DNA of 64,000 bases from assembly GCA_015067485.1 (NCBI GenBank), contig SVMJ01000008.1, forward strand, positions 3,583 through 67,582, given 5' to 3'. Of the stretch, positions 19,130-29,670 are shown in pieces. Every line of letters begins with the position of its first letter. Within the stretch, counting starts at the first letter, position 1. The notes beneath the pieces are model-generated. The model worked only from the letters and a program-made list of their open reading frames with translations, did no database searches and was not told the DNA's origin. This stretch comes from Oscillospiraceae bacterium. GTDB taxonomy: Bacteria > Bacillota > Clostridia > Oscillospirales > JAAYXM01. The translations under genes were made by a program, and so were the position numbers.

Positions 19130-20122
19130 ATGGATAAGAAAATCGTTTTTTCCGGAATCCAGCCGTCGGGGGATATTTCCCTTGGTAACTACATCGGCGC
19201 GCTGAGAAACTGGGTTGAGATTCAGCATGACTATCACTGCCTGTACTGTGCGGTGGATATGCATGCAATCACCGTCCGTCAGGACCCGAAGAAACTGCGC
19301 GAGCAGTCCCTTGCGGTCATTGCACTGCTCATTGCGTGCGGGCTTGATCCGAAAGAAAATATTATGTACATCCAAAGCCAGGTGCCGCAGCACGCGGAAC
19401 TTGCATGGGTACTCAACTGCTACACCATGTATGGGGAACTCTCCCGCATGACCCAGTTTAAGGACAAATCGCAGAAGCACTCAGACAACGTCAATGCGGG
19501 GCTGTTTGACTACCCGGTTTTGATGGCGGCGGATATCCTGCTCTATCAAGCGGATCTGGTTCCGATCGGACATGATCAAAAACAGCATTTGGAACTGGCG
19601 CGCAACATCGCGGAACGCTTTAATGGCATTTACGGCGATGTGTTCACCGTCCCGGACGGATACATCCCGAAAGTCGGCGGTCGTATCATGAGTTTGGCAG
19701 AGCCCGAGAAGAAGATGTCCAAGTCCGACCCGAACGTGAATGCGCGTATTTTGATGCTGGATGAACCCGATGCTATCATGCGTAAATTCAAACGCGCGGT
19801 TACCGACAGCGAAGCGCAGGTGGTCTACCGCGAAGGCAAGCACGGCATCAACAACCTGATGACTATTTATTCCATTGCGACCGGAAAAAGTTTTTCCGAG
19901 ATCGAAGCGGAATTTGACGACAAGGGTTACGGCGAGTTCAAACCTGCGGTCGGTGAAGCGGTTGTGGAACTGCTCCGACCCATTCGTGAAAAGACATTGG
20001 AACTGATGAAAGAAAAAGATTATCTGATGAGCATTTGCACCGAGAATGCGCTTCGTGCATCCGCACTTGCGGAACGAACCATGCGGAAAGTGCGTAAAAA
20101 AGTGGGATTTGTTCAAAGATAA
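19130..20122 (+). CDS. trpS: Tryptophanyl-tRNA synthetase
   Basis: FSGIQPSG, SLGNY (HIGH variant), YPVLMAADIL, KMSKS. Confidence 0.97.
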   Translation: MDKKIVFSGIQPSGDISLGNYIGALRNWVEIQHDYHCLYCAVDMHAITVRQDPKKLREQSLAVIALLIACGLDPKENIMYIQSQVPQHAELAWVLNCYTMYGELSRMTQFKDKSQKHSDNVNAGLFDYPVLMAADILLYQADLVPIGHDQKQHLELARNIAERFNGIYGDVFTVPDGYIPKVGGRIMSLAEPEKKMSKSDPNVNARILMLDEPDAIMRKFKRAVTDSEAQVVYREGKHGINNLMTIYSIATGKSFSEIEAEFDDKGYGEFKPAVGEAVVELLRPIREKTLELMKEKDYLMSICTENALRASALAERTMRKVRKKVGFVQR

Positions 20123-20136
20123 AAGGAGTTTTTACA

Positions 20137-21204
20137 ATGTCCGGAATTGATTTGAAAATCGTTTTGTGGGCGTTTGCGGCGTTTGTGGCGGCAGGTGTTA
20201 TTTCGTTTGCTACTACACCGATCGTCAAAACGCTTGCACATAAAGTGGGTGCGATCGATGTTCCGAAGGACGAGCGCAGAATGCATTCGTCTCCCATTCC
20301 GCGTATGGGCGGGCTTGCAATCTTCCTTGGCTTTTTGCTCTCGGTTTTGGTCTTTGTCCCAATCGGAAGACAGATGCAGGGGATTCTGCTTGGCGCGGTC
20401 GTCATTGTGATTTTGGGGATTGTGGATGATATCATGGCGCTTCCCGCATTGTTCAAACTCATCGTACAGATCACTGCGGCGCTTATCGTGGTGTGGCACG
20501 GCACGGTGATTGAGGCAATCACCAACCCGAATCTGATGAGTGATGCAGTTCACCTGCATTTGGGCGCATGGGCGGTGCCTGTCACCGTAATTTGGATCGT
20601 TGCGATCACAAACGCGGTCAATCTCATTGACGGGCTTGACGGACTTGCGGTGGGTGTTTCTTCCATTGCATCCATTTCTTTGCTCGTCATTGCGATTATC
20701 GTGTCCGAACAAGGTGTCGCGATGATCATGGCGGCGCTGGCAGGCGCGTGTATCGGATTCTTGCCGTATAACTTCAACCCGGCTAAAATTTTCATGGGCG
20801 ACACGGGCTCTACTTTCCTTGGATTTATTTTGGCGTGTATGTCCATCCAAGGACTGTTCAAGTTCTATGCGGTGGTATCCTTTGCGGTTCCGTTCTTGAT
20901 TTTGGGGCTTCCGCTTTTTGATACCGCGGTTGCCATCGGTCGCCGCATTTTACACGGGAAAAACCCCATGTCTCCGGACCGTGGACATGTGCACCACAGA
21001 CTGATCGACATGGGATTCAATCAAAAGCAATCGGTTGCGATTTTGTATATGATGAGCGGTCTTTTGGGACTGAGTGCGGTGGTGCTCACCTCGAGTGGGG
21101 AACTGCGTGCGATCATGCTCATCGTTGCAATTTTGCTTGCATTTGTTATTGGTTACAAGATTTTCAAAGAACTCAGCCGCGACAAAGATGATAACGAAGA
21201 ATAA
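20137..21204 (+). CDS. tagO: Undecaprenyl-phosphate GlcNAc-1-phosphate transferase (TagO/WecA, MraY family)
   Basis: IPRMGGLAI, GIVDD, NAVNLIDGLDGL, IFMGDTGS, DRGHVHHRL. Confidence 0.88.
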   Translation: MSGIDLKIVLWAFAAFVAAGVISFATTPIVKTLAHKVGAIDVPKDERRMHSSPIPRMGGLAIFLGFLLSVLVFVPIGRQMQGILLGAVVIVILGIVDDIMALPALFKLIVQITAALIVVWHGTVIEAITNPNLMSDAVHLHLGAWAVPVTVIWIVAITNAVNLIDGLDGLAVGVSSIASISLLVIAIIVSEQGVAMIMAALAGACIGFLPYNFNPAKIFMGDTGSTFLGFILACMSIQGLFKFYAVVSFAVPFLILGLPLFDTAVAIGRRILHGKNPMSPDRGHVHHRLIDMGFNQKQSVAILYMMSGLLGLSAVVLTSSGELRAIMLIVAILLAFVIGYKIFKELSRDKDDNEE

Positions 21205-21271
21205 GAACCCGACCCGATATCGCAATCAATGATTGCGATCGGGTACCCCGGAACCTTGTTGTATTCACAAT

Positions 21272-21304
21272 AAAAAACACGGTCAAGCAGTTGCTTGACC
21301 GTGT
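21272..21304. terminator. Intrinsic terminator between convergent tagO and wecC
   Basis: aaaaaacacggtcaagca-gt-tgcttgaccgtgt. Confidence 0.75.
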
Positions 21305-21311
21305 ATCTTTT

Positions 21312-22508
21312 TTATCTCATCAGCCCAATGCAATCAAAGAACGGCTTTTTCGCAATGGTTTGTTTGCCGTTTTTGAATTCATCGTGTGCCAAAGTGATGA
21401 CCGAGAAGTCCGCCTGCGCAATCGCGTCTTCCAAGGAAAGGTTTCGGATGCCTTCGATGGTGTCAACCGCTGCATTCGGTTCACAGCAAATCACCTTATG
21501 TCCCAAGTCTTCCAGCGCGTGTGCCATCACAATCGACGGGCTTTCGCGCAAGTCGTCAACATTTGGCTTGTACGCCATACCAAGCACCGCAACGGTTGCG
21601 TTGGGGGCGAGTTCGTGCACTTTGTTTGCCACATAGAACGGCTTGGAATCGTTTTCCTGACGTGCCGCCAAAATCAGCGGAGTGGTGTCTTCAAAACGCT
21701 CGTGGATAAACCACGGATCAACCGCGATACAATGCCCGCCAACACCTGCACCCGGGGTCAGGATGTTGACACGCGGGTGGCAGTTTGCCAGTTCGATGAG
21801 CTCGAACACATCGATCCCGAGCGGATCGCAAATCATAGAGAGTTCGTTTGCAAATGCGATGTTGATGTCGCGGTAGGTATTTTCACAGAGTTTGCACATC
21901 TCGGCGGTAATGTCGTTTGTAACGTGGAGTTTGCCTCCGTCTACGAGTTTGGAGTAGATTTCGACAACGTGCGCTGCCGCTTCCGGGGAGGATGCACCGA
22001 TGATACGGTCATTCTCACGGAGCTCCACCAGCATACGACCCGGGATGATGCGTTCGGGGCAATGTGCGGTGTAAAACTCATCGCGGGAAAGCCCGCTGGA
22101 TTCTTCCAAAACCTTTGCCATACGCTCGGTGGTGAGCGGCGGGACGGTGGATTCCAAAATGACCAGCGCGCCTTTTTTCATTGCGGCACCGACGGTTGCC
22201 GCTGCAGAATCCACATACTTGAGATCTGCACGGCGCTTGCCGTTTTCCACCGAAAACGGGGTGGGAACGCAAATGATGTACGCATCGGAAGACGGGCAAA
22301 CGTCCGAGAAAGTCAAACGACCCGAAGAGATTGCTTCGGTGAGTGCTTCCTGAAGGCCCGGCTCTACAATGTGAAGTTTGCCTGCACGGAGAGATTCCAA
22401 AACGGTCGGGTTGACATCAAAGCCGCAAACATCGAAACCGCTACGCGCCAAAGTGATGGCGGTGGGAAGACCGATGTAGCCCATCCCGACGACTGTGATG
22501 GTTTTCAT
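21312..22508 (-). CDS. wecC: UDP-N-acetyl-D-mannosamine dehydrogenase-like nucleotide-sugar dehydrogenase
   Basis: GMGYIGLP, ICVPTP, ESTVPP, HCPER, GVGGHCIAVDPWF, YKPNVDDLRESP. Confidence 0.85.
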   Translation of the reverse strand: MKTITVVGMGYIGLPTAITLARSGFDVCGFDVNPTVLESLRAGKLHIVEPGLQEALTEAISSGRLTFSDVCPSSDAYIICVPTPFSVENGKRRADLKYVDSAAATVGAAMKKGALVILESTVPPLTTERMAKVLEESSGLSRDEFYTAHCPERIIPGRMLVELRENDRIIGASSPEAAAHVVEIYSKLVDGGKLHVTNDITAEMCKLCENTYRDINIAFANELSMICDPLGIDVFELIELANCHPRVNILTPGAGVGGHCIAVDPWFIHERFEDTTPLILAARQENDSKPFYVANKVHELAPNATVAVLGMAYKPNVDDLRESPSIVMAHALEDLGHKVICCEPNAAVDTIEGIRNLSLEDAIAQADFSVITLAHDEFKNGKQTIAKKPFFDCIGLMR

Positions 22509-22523
22509 ATGACTCCTCCTAAC

Positions 22524-23708
22524 TTATCGAGCCGCCGCACGAAGCGTGTCTACCATATCCAAACGCTCCCACGGCAAATCCAGATCAGAACGGCCGAAAT
22601 GTCCGTATGCCGCGGTCTGGCGGTAAAGCGGACGGCGCAAGTCAAAATACGAAATGATCTTGGACGGGCGCATATCAAACTTCTCGCGGATGAGTTCAGC
22701 GAGTGCCGCATCCGAAATCACACCGGTTCCGCGGGTGTCCACGAAGACAGAGACCGGATGAGCAACGCCGATTGCGTATGCAAGCTGAACTTCACAACGC
22801 TTTGCAAGACCGGCGCCTACGATATTCTTTGCGATATAGCGTGCCATATACGCTGCCGAACGGTCCACCTTGGTCGGGTCCTTGCCCGAGAAAGCACCAC
22901 CGCCGTGGCTTGCATAGCCACCGTATGTATCAACAATGATCTTACGACCGGTGAGACCCGAGTCGCCCTGCGGTCCGCCAATGACGAAACGACCGGTCGG
23001 ATTGATGTAGATCTTGGTGTCTTTGTCCATATATTCCTTCGGCATGATCGGATCGATCACGGTCTCAATCAGAGCATCACGCAAAACAGAGAGAGAAACG
23101 TCTGCATGATGCTGTGCCGAGAGCACGACGGTGTCGCAACGCGCGATACTGCCGTCTTCGTTGTAAGAGAAGGTTACCTGGCTCTTTCCGTCCGGATAGA
23201 GAAAGTCCACTTCGCCGCGCTTTCTCACTTCCGCAAGACGGCGGGACAGACGGTGTGCATAGGTGATGGGCGCCGGCATCAGTGTATCGGTCTCATCACA
23301 GGCAAACCCGAACATCATGCCCTGGTCGCCTGCACCGATCTGATTTGCGCTGTCGCTCGACTCGGTTTTGAATTCGTCCGAGTTATTGACACCCATTGCG
23401 ATATCGGATGACTGTTCGTCAATGGAAGTCAGCACCGCGCAAGTCTTATAGTCGAAACCCGCATCCGCACCGCAGTAGCCGATCTCTTCGATGGTCTTGC
23501 GTGCGATGGAGGGGATGTCTACATAACAGTCGGTGGTGATCTCGCCCATGACGAGTGCCATGCCGGTAGTTACCACGGTTTCACAGGCGACGCGTGCGTT
23601 CGGGTCGTTTGCGAGAATCGCATCAAGCACCGCATCGGAGATTTGGTCGCAGACTTTGTCCGGATGTCCTTCGGTAACAGATTCAGATGTAAATTGCTTT
23701 TTCAACAT
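22524..23708 (-). CDS. metK: S-adenosylmethionine synthetase
   Basis: [28 protein letters not shown]. Confidence 0.98.
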   Translation of the reverse strand: MLKKQFTSESVTEGHPDKVCDQISDAVLDAILANDPNARVACETVVTTGMALVMGEITTDCYVDIPSIARKTIEEIGYCGADAGFDYKTCAVLTSIDEQSSDIAMGVNNSDEFKTESSDSANQIGAGDQGMMFGFACDETDTLMPAPITYAHRLSRRLAEVRKRGEVDFLYPDGKSQVTFSYNEDGSIARCDTVVLSAQHHADVSLSVLRDALIETVIDPIMPKEYMDKDTKIYINPTGRFVIGGPQGDSGLTGRKIIVDTYGGYASHGGGAFSGKDPTKVDRSAAYMARYIAKNIVGAGLAKRCEVQLAYAIGVAHPVSVFVDTRGTGVISDAALAELIREKFDMRPSKIISYFDLRRPLYRQTAAYGHFGRSDLDLPWERLDMVDTLRAAAR

Positions 23709-23874
23709 AATCAATCATTCCATTCATAATAATACACAATATAGTATATCATAAAATGGCGAGAAAACAAGAGCGAAAAACAAGTTTCGTCAAGATCTGT
23801 CGAGCGTATTGACCGCAACTCGCTTTTTTGTTACAATATTTATATAAAAATAAGTGGAAAAGGAAGTTGTTTCA

Positions 23875-24585
23875 ATGGCTGTTGGGCATCGCGATAGAGT
23901 GAGAAAACGCTTTCAGACAGATGATATCAATGAGTTGCCGGAAGTAACTATTTTGGAAGCATATCTGCACAGTATCGTCCGTCGAAAAGACACGCGGGCG
24001 CTGGCAGATCGTTTGCTCGAAGAATTCGGCTCTTTTGCGCAAATCGTGGATGCTCCGATTGAATCTTTGATGGAAGTGAAAGGCGTCGGCGAGACCGTCG
24101 CATCACAGATTAAAATGCTACCTGCGTATATGCGTCTGTATATGCGCGGGAAATTGATGTGCCATGAAATCATTTCAAACGAGGATGAAGCAGGAGAAGT
24201 GTTGACTCCGTATTTCATCGGTGAAACCAATGAAGTGGTGTACGCGATGTATCTCAACAATATGGGGAAACTGCTTGGGTGCGACCGCCTTGCGGAAGGT
24301 TCAGAGAATGCGGTTGCACTCACCGTGCGAAAGGTGCTGGCCGGCGCACTCAAGTATCACGCCACAGGCGTGATTTTGGCACACAACCATCCGGGCGGTA
24401 ACGCGCTTCCGTCTGCTGCGGACATCGAACTGACAAAAAAACTGCAGGATGTTTTATTCGAGTCCAATTTGACTTTAGTGGACCATTTGATTTTTGACGA
24501 TGTCGATTTCATCGCACTTCGCACCTGCATCGAGCATGGTATCTGGTCAAGCGGATTGGATTATCTCGGGAACGGAGCACGATAG
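23875..24585 (+). CDS. radC: RadC-family JAB/MPN domain protein
   Basis: GHRDRVRKRF, HhH-like VKGVG, AHNHPGG..PS..D, LVDH. Confidence 0.9.
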   Translation: MAVGHRDRVRKRFQTDDINELPEVTILEAYLHSIVRRKDTRALADRLLEEFGSFAQIVDAPIESLMEVKGVGETVASQIKMLPAYMRLYMRGKLMCHEIISNEDEAGEVLTPYFIGETNEVVYAMYLNNMGKLLGCDRLAEGSENAVALTVRKVLAGALKYHATGVILAHNHPGGNALPSAADIELTKKLQDVLFESNLTLVDHLIFDDVDFIALRTCIEHGIWSSGLDYLGNGAR

Positions 24586-26547
24586 ATGGGCGAGTTTCAA
24601 ATCGTATCGCAATATCAACCGAGCGGCGACCAGCCGCAAGCCATTGATGCGTTGGCGCACGGGGTGGAGATCGGACTCTCCGAACAGACACTTCTGGGTG
24701 TTACAGGCTCGGGCAAAACCTATACCATTGCAAATCTGATCCAGCGTGTGCAAAAACCCACGCTGGTTCTTGCACATAATAAAATCCTTGCCGCGCAGTT
24801 GTGTTCGGAATTTCGTGAGTTTTTCCCCAATAACGCGGTGGAATATTTTGTGTCTTATTTTGACTACTATCAGCCGGAAGCATACATTCCGCACACGGAT
24901 ACCTATATCGAAAAAGATTCCGCAACCAACCAGGAAATCGACCGTTTGCGTCACAGCGCAACATCCTCGCTTTCCGAGCGTCGAGACGTCATCATTGTGG
25001 CAAGCGTCTCGTGCATTTACGGTTTGGGCGACCCAATCGATTATCAGAATATGGTGCTCTCTTTGCGCAAAGGTCAGGAGATCTCGCGCGAAAAGATTTT
25101 GCAGCGTTTGGTGGATATCCGCTACGAACGCAACGACATCGCGTTTGCGCGTAATAAATTCCGCGTGCGCGGCGATGTGGTCGAGATGTTCCCGGTCTAC
25201 TCGAGCGACCGCGCCATTCGAGTTGAACTGTTTGGGGATGAAGTGGAACGCATCTCCGAAATTAATGTGCTCACGGGAAGCCCGCTTCGTGAACTCATGC
25301 ACGTCGCAGTTTATCCTGCGTCGCACTATGTCGCATCTCCCGAGAAGATGGCACGCGCCATCGACGAGATTTTAGAAGAGATGGAAGTGCGCGTCAAAGA
25401 ATTTGAAGAAAACGGGCAACTCATCGAAGCGCAACGCATCCGCCAGCGTACTTTATATGATGTGGAAATGTTGCAAGAACTCGGCTACTGCAACGGAATC
25501 GAAAACTACTCTCGCGTCATCAGCGGGAGACGGCCCGGAAGTCCGCCGTATACTTTGATGGACTATTTCCCCGATGATTTTCTGCTCGTGGTGGACGAGT
25601 CCCATGTAACGCTTCCGCAGGTGCGCGGAATGTATGCGGGGGACCGCTCCCGAAAGGATACTTTGGTCAAATTCGGATTCCGTCTGCCGTCGGCATATGA
25701 CAACCGTCCGCTCAATTTTGAAGAGTTCCAGCAGCACATCAATCAAGTGGTTTATGTGTCTGCAACACCCGGTGAGTACGAAAAAAGCCGTAGCGCACAA
25801 GTGGTGGAACAACTCATCCGCCCGACGGGACTGCTCGACCCGGAAATCTCGGTCCGACCGGTGGACGGGCAAATCGACGATCTGGTGGGCGAAATCAATG
25901 CGCGTATCAGTCAAAACGAACGCGTGCTCATCACTACACTCACCAAAAAGATGGCGGAAGATCTCACTTCCTATTTGGAGAATTTGGGCATCAAAGTCCG
26001 TTATCTGCACCACGATGTGGAAACCATCGAGCGTATGGAACTCATCCGCGATCTGCGTTTGGGTGAGTTTGATGTTCTCATCGGAATCAACCTGCTGCGC
26101 GAAGGGCTCGACATCCCGGAGGTTTCTTTGGTCGCGATTCTGGATGCGGACAAAGAAGGATTTTTGCGCAGTGAAACATCACTCATTCAGACCATCGGTC
26201 GTGCCGCGCGAAACGACCACGGCACGGTCATTCTGTATGCGGACACGGTAACCGATTCCATGGCGCGCGCCATCAAAGAGACCGAGCGCCGTCGCACATT
26301 GCAGAAACAGTACAACGATAAGCACGGAATCGTGCCGAAAACCATCTCGAAACAAGTTCACGACATTATTGAAATTTCGCAGGAAAGCAAAGAAACTTCA
26401 CGCATGAGCGACAAAGAACGCGTCGCACATATCCGCGATTTAGAACAGGCAATGAAAGAAGCCGCAAAACTGCTTGACTTTGAATATGCGGCGGTCTTGC
26501 GCGACCAAATCATCAAGTTGCGTGGAGAATCGGAGAAAACAAAATGA
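24586..26547 (+). CDS. uvrB: Excinuclease ABC subunit B
   Basis: [34 protein letters not shown]. Confidence 0.98.
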   Translation: MGEFQIVSQYQPSGDQPQAIDALAHGVEIGLSEQTLLGVTGSGKTYTIANLIQRVQKPTLVLAHNKILAAQLCSEFREFFPNNAVEYFVSYFDYYQPEAYIPHTDTYIEKDSATNQEIDRLRHSATSSLSERRDVIIVASVSCIYGLGDPIDYQNMVLSLRKGQEISREKILQRLVDIRYERNDIAFARNKFRVRGDVVEMFPVYSSDRAIRVELFGDEVERISEINVLTGSPLRELMHVAVYPASHYVASPEKMARAIDEILEEMEVRVKEFEENGQLIEAQRIRQRTLYDVEMLQELGYCNGIENYSRVISGRRPGSPPYTLMDYFPDDFLLVVDESHVTLPQVRGMYAGDRSRKDTLVKFGFRLPSAYDNRPLNFEEFQQHINQVVYVSATPGEYEKSRSAQVVEQLIRPTGLLDPEISVRPVDGQIDDLVGEINARISQNERVLITTLTKKMAEDLTSYLENLGIKVRYLHHDVETIERMELIRDLRLGEFDVLIGINLLREGLDIPEVSLVAILDADKEGFLRSETSLIQTIGRAARNDHGTVILYADTVTDSMARAIKETERRRTLQKQYNDKHGIVPKTISKQVHDIIEISQESKETSRMSDKERVAHIRDLEQAMKEAAKLLDFEYAAVLRDQIIKLRGESEKTK

Positions 26548-29384
26548 ACCAACATATTTTCATCAAAGGTGCAAAAGAGCACAATCTCAAGAATATCGAT
26601 GTTACCATACCGCGCGACAAACTGGTGGTCATCACCGGGCTTTCCGGCTCGGGAAAATCCAGCCTTGCGTTTGACACGGTGTATGCGGAGGGGCAGCGAC
26701 GCTATGTGGAGTCGCTTTCTTCCTATGCGCGTATGTTCTTGGGACGGATGGAAAAACCCGATGTGGATTATATCCAAGGGCTTTCGCCGGCCATCGCGAT
26801 CGATCAGAAAACCACATCGAAAAACCCGCGTTCGACCGTGGGTACTGTGACCGAAATCTATGACTATCTGCGCTTGCTTTGGGCGCGTATCGGTGTACCG
26901 CATTGTCCCAAGTGCGGAAAAGAGATTCGTCAGCAAACCATCGACCAAATCATCGACAAGGTGATGGAACTCCCCGAAGGAAGCAAATTACAGATTCTTG
27001 CTCCCATTGTACGCGGCAGAAAAGGCGAACACCAAAAAGTGTTTGAAGACGCAAAGAAATCGGGCTACGTTCGCGTTCGTGTAGATGGGAATCTCTATGA
27101 CCTTTCCGAACAGATCACGCTTGAAAAGAATAAGAAACACCACATCGAAATTGTGGTCGACCGTTTGGTGGTGCGCTCCGATATCCGCAGCCGTGCGACC
27201 GACTCGGTGGAAATCGCGGCGAAACTTTCGGGCGGGCTGGTGATCGTGGATGTCATCGGCGGGGAAGAATTGCTCTTTTCGCAAAACTACGCTTGCGACG
27301 ATTGCGGAATCAGCATCGAAGAACTCACTCCGCGTATGTTCTCATTCAATAACCCGTATGGGGCATGTCCCGATTGCACGGGCTTGGGGACTTGGATGAA
27401 ACTTGACCCCGATCTCGTCATTCCAAATCCCACGCTTTCCATTGTGGAAGGTGCAATCAATGTTTCGCATTGGAAAAAGGCAGAACCGGGTAGCATCTCG
27501 CGGATGTATTACGACGGGCTGATGAAAAAGTATGGGTTTACCTTGGAGACTCCCATTGAAGAGATGCCGCAGGAGACTGTGGATGCAATTCTCTACGGCA
27601 CCAAGGGCGAAAAAATTGAACTCACGTATGACAAATCCTACGGCAGCGGCACCTACACGCAGGCGTTTGAAGGCGTCATCGGGAACATGGAACGCAGATA
27701 CCGTGAAACGGGAAGCGAAGCCATGCGTACCGAGATCGAAGAATTCATGTCCAATGTGGAATGCCCCACTTGCAAAGGAAAGCGTCTGAAAAAAGAAGCG
27801 CTTGCGGTTACCGTGGGAGGCATCAACATTATGGAAATGACCGAGATGTCGGTGGGCAAAGCGTTGAAGTTCATTGAAGCACTTCCCGAAAAACTCACAC
27901 CACGTGAAATGCAGATCGCAGAGCGCGTGATCAAGGAAGTCAAAACCCGTTTGGGGTTTCTCAAAAGTGTGGGGCTCCAGTATCTCACGCTGGCACGAAG
28001 CGCGGGAACTCTGTCGGGCGGCGAGAGCCAACGCATCCGTTTGGCGACCCAGATCGGCTCTGCGCTGATGGGAGTACTTTATATCCTGGACGAGCCGTCT
28101 ATCGGGCTCCATCAAAGAGACAATGACAAACTGCTCGCAACGCTCAAGCGTTTGCGTGATCTGGGGAATACGCTGCTTGTGGTCGAACATGACGAAGACA
28201 CCATGAGAGAGGCGGATTTCATCATCGATGTCGGTCCGGGGGCGGGGGTTCACGGCGGCGAGATCGTTGCAGCGGGAACGCCCGAAGAGATTATGGCGTG
28301 TGAAAAATCCATTACGGGTCAGTATCTGAGCGGAAACAAGAAAATTCCCGTGCCGAAAAAACGCCGTGAAGGCAACGGTAAGCGTCTGAAGATCATCGGT
28401 GCTTCCGAAAACAACCTGAAGAACATTGATGTTTCCATCCCGCTTGGGACATTCACCTGCGTTACGGGTGTTTCGGGATCAGGGAAATCGTCTTTGGTCA
28501 ATGAGATTTTGTACAAAAACCTGGCATCGCAGTTGAATCGCAGTAAAGACCGACCTGGGAAATTTGAAAAGATGGAAGGACTCGAGCACTTGGACAAAGT
28601 CATCGCCATCGATCAGTCTCCCATCGGACGCACACCGCGTTCCAATCCTGCGACTTATACAGGTTTATTCGGCGAAATCCGAAACTTGTTTGCATCCACC
28701 GCAGATGCCAAAATGCGTGGGTATAACAGCGGAAGATTCTCGTTCAATGTCCGTGGCGGGCGTTGCGAAGCGTGCGCGGGAGATGGGCTGGTTAAAATCG
28801 AAATGCACTTTCTCCCCGATATTTATGTGCCGTGTGATGTTTGCGGCGGAAAACGCTACAACCGCGAAACGCTGGAAGTGCGTTACAAGGGCAAAAACAT
28901 CCATGAAGTGCTTGAAATGACCTGCGAAGAGGCGTATGAATTTTTTAAGAACCTGCCCAAATTGGAGCGTTGGCTCAAAACACTCAATGATGTGGGTCTT
29001 GGCTATGTCAAACTCGGACAGGCGTCCACAACCCTTTCGGGCGGTGAAGCACAGCGCGTAAAACTGGCTACCGAACTTTCTAAACGCAGTACGGGCAAGA
29101 CCGTCTATATCTTGGACGAACCCACCACAGGTCTTCATACCGCGGATGTGAAACGCCTGATTGAGATGCTGGATAAATTGGTGGATGCCGGGAATACTGT
29201 AATTGTCATCGAACACAATCTCGATGTCATCAAAACAGCAGACCACATTATTGATCTCGGTCCTGAGGGCGGTGATGGCGGCGGCACCGTAGTATGTTGC
29301 GGAACACCCGAAGAAGTCGCCGCGGTCAAAGAATCGTATACCGGGCATTATCTGGAAAAACTCTTAGACAAGAAGAACGGTTGA
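26544..29384 (+). CDS. uvrA: Excinuclease ABC subunit A
   Basis: Two ABC modules ([21 protein letters not shown] twice) and zinc fingers. Confidence 0.98.
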   Translation: MNQHIFIKGAKEHNLKNIDVTIPRDKLVVITGLSGSGKSSLAFDTVYAEGQRRYVESLSSYARMFLGRMEKPDVDYIQGLSPAIAIDQKTTSKNPRSTVGTVTEIYDYLRLLWARIGVPHCPKCGKEIRQQTIDQIIDKVMELPEGSKLQILAPIVRGRKGEHQKVFEDAKKSGYVRVRVDGNLYDLSEQITLEKNKKHHIEIVVDRLVVRSDIRSRATDSVEIAAKLSGGLVIVDVIGGEELLFSQNYACDDCGISIEELTPRMFSFNNPYGACPDCTGLGTWMKLDPDLVIPNPTLSIVEGAINVSHWKKAEPGSISRMYYDGLMKKYGFTLETPIEEMPQETVDAILYGTKGEKIELTYDKSYGSGTYTQAFEGVIGNMERRYRETGSEAMRTEIEEFMSNVECPTCKGKRLKKEALAVTVGGINIMEMTEMSVGKALKFIEALPEKLTPREMQIAERVIKEVKTRLGFLKSVGLQYLTLARSAGTLSGGESQRIRLATQIGSALMGVLYILDEPSIGLHQRDNDKLLATLKRLRDLGNTLLVVEHDEDTMREADFIIDVGPGAGVHGGEIVAAGTPEEIMACEKSITGQYLSGNKKIPVPKKRREGNGKRLKIIGASENNLKNIDVSIPLGTFTCVTGVSGSGKSSLVNEILYKNLASQLNRSKDRPGKFEKMEGLEHLDKVIAIDQSPIGRTPRSNPATYTGLFGEIRNLFASTADAKMRGYNSGRFSFNVRGGRCEACAGDGLVKIEMHFLPDIYVPCDVCGGKRYNRETLEVRYKGKNIHEVLEMTCEEAYEFFKNLPKLERWLKTLNDVGLGYVKLGQASTTLSGGEAQRVKLATELSKRSTGKTVYILDEPTTGLHTADVKRLIEMLDKLVDAGNTVIVIEHNLDVIKTADHIIDLGPEGGDGGGTVVCCGTPEEVAAVKESYTGHYLEKLLDKKNG

Positions 29385-29445
29385 CACAGGGAAAACTGTG
29401 TGATAAATTAAGGTTACAAACCAAATTTTTATGAGGTGAAGGACT

Positions 29446-29604
29446 ATGGCAAAATATGCATGCACTGTTTGTGGATATGTTTATGACGAAGAACTCGGCG
29501 ATGCCGATCTGGGAATTGCACCCGGCACCCTTTGGGAAGATGTTCCGGATACCTTTGTCTGCCCGCTTTGCGGCGTAGGCAAAGAAGATTTTGCAGAAGA
29601 ATAA
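29446..29604 (+). CDS. Rubredoxin (52 aa, below ORF-track cutoff)
   Basis: MAKYACTVCGYVYDEELGDADLGIAPGTLWEDVPDTFVCPLCGVGKEDFAEE with CxxCG and CPxCG motifs; GAGG RBS. Confidence 0.96.
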   Translation: MAKYACTVCGYVYDEELGDADLGIAPGTLWEDVPDTFVCPLCGVGKEDFAEE

Positions 29605-29612
29605 CATATCGA

Positions 29613-29655
29613 AATACGCCGCCTAGGGAAGACGCCCTCAAGCGGCGTATTTTTT
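29613..29655 (+). terminator. Intrinsic terminator after rubredoxin
   Basis: aaatacgccgc...gcggcgtatttttt. Confidence 0.7.
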
Positions 29656-29670
29656 AGAAAGGAATTCCAT

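Noticed and set aside
21212-21244. Hairpin ACCCGATATCGCAATC-AAT-GATTGCGATCGGGT after tagO
   Set aside because: Single copy with no U-tract; most simply a 3' stability hairpin next to the terminator
21291-23411. 706-aa ORF on the + strand
   Set aside because: Antisense shadow of wecC and metK with no recognisable motif; explained by scarcity of TTA/CTA/TCA codons in the real genes
23709-23874. SAM riboswitch before metK or SOS box before radC-uvrBA
   Set aside because: Short AT-rich spacer without S-box core motifs; the closest palindrome AAACAAGTTT has the wrong spacing for a LexA box
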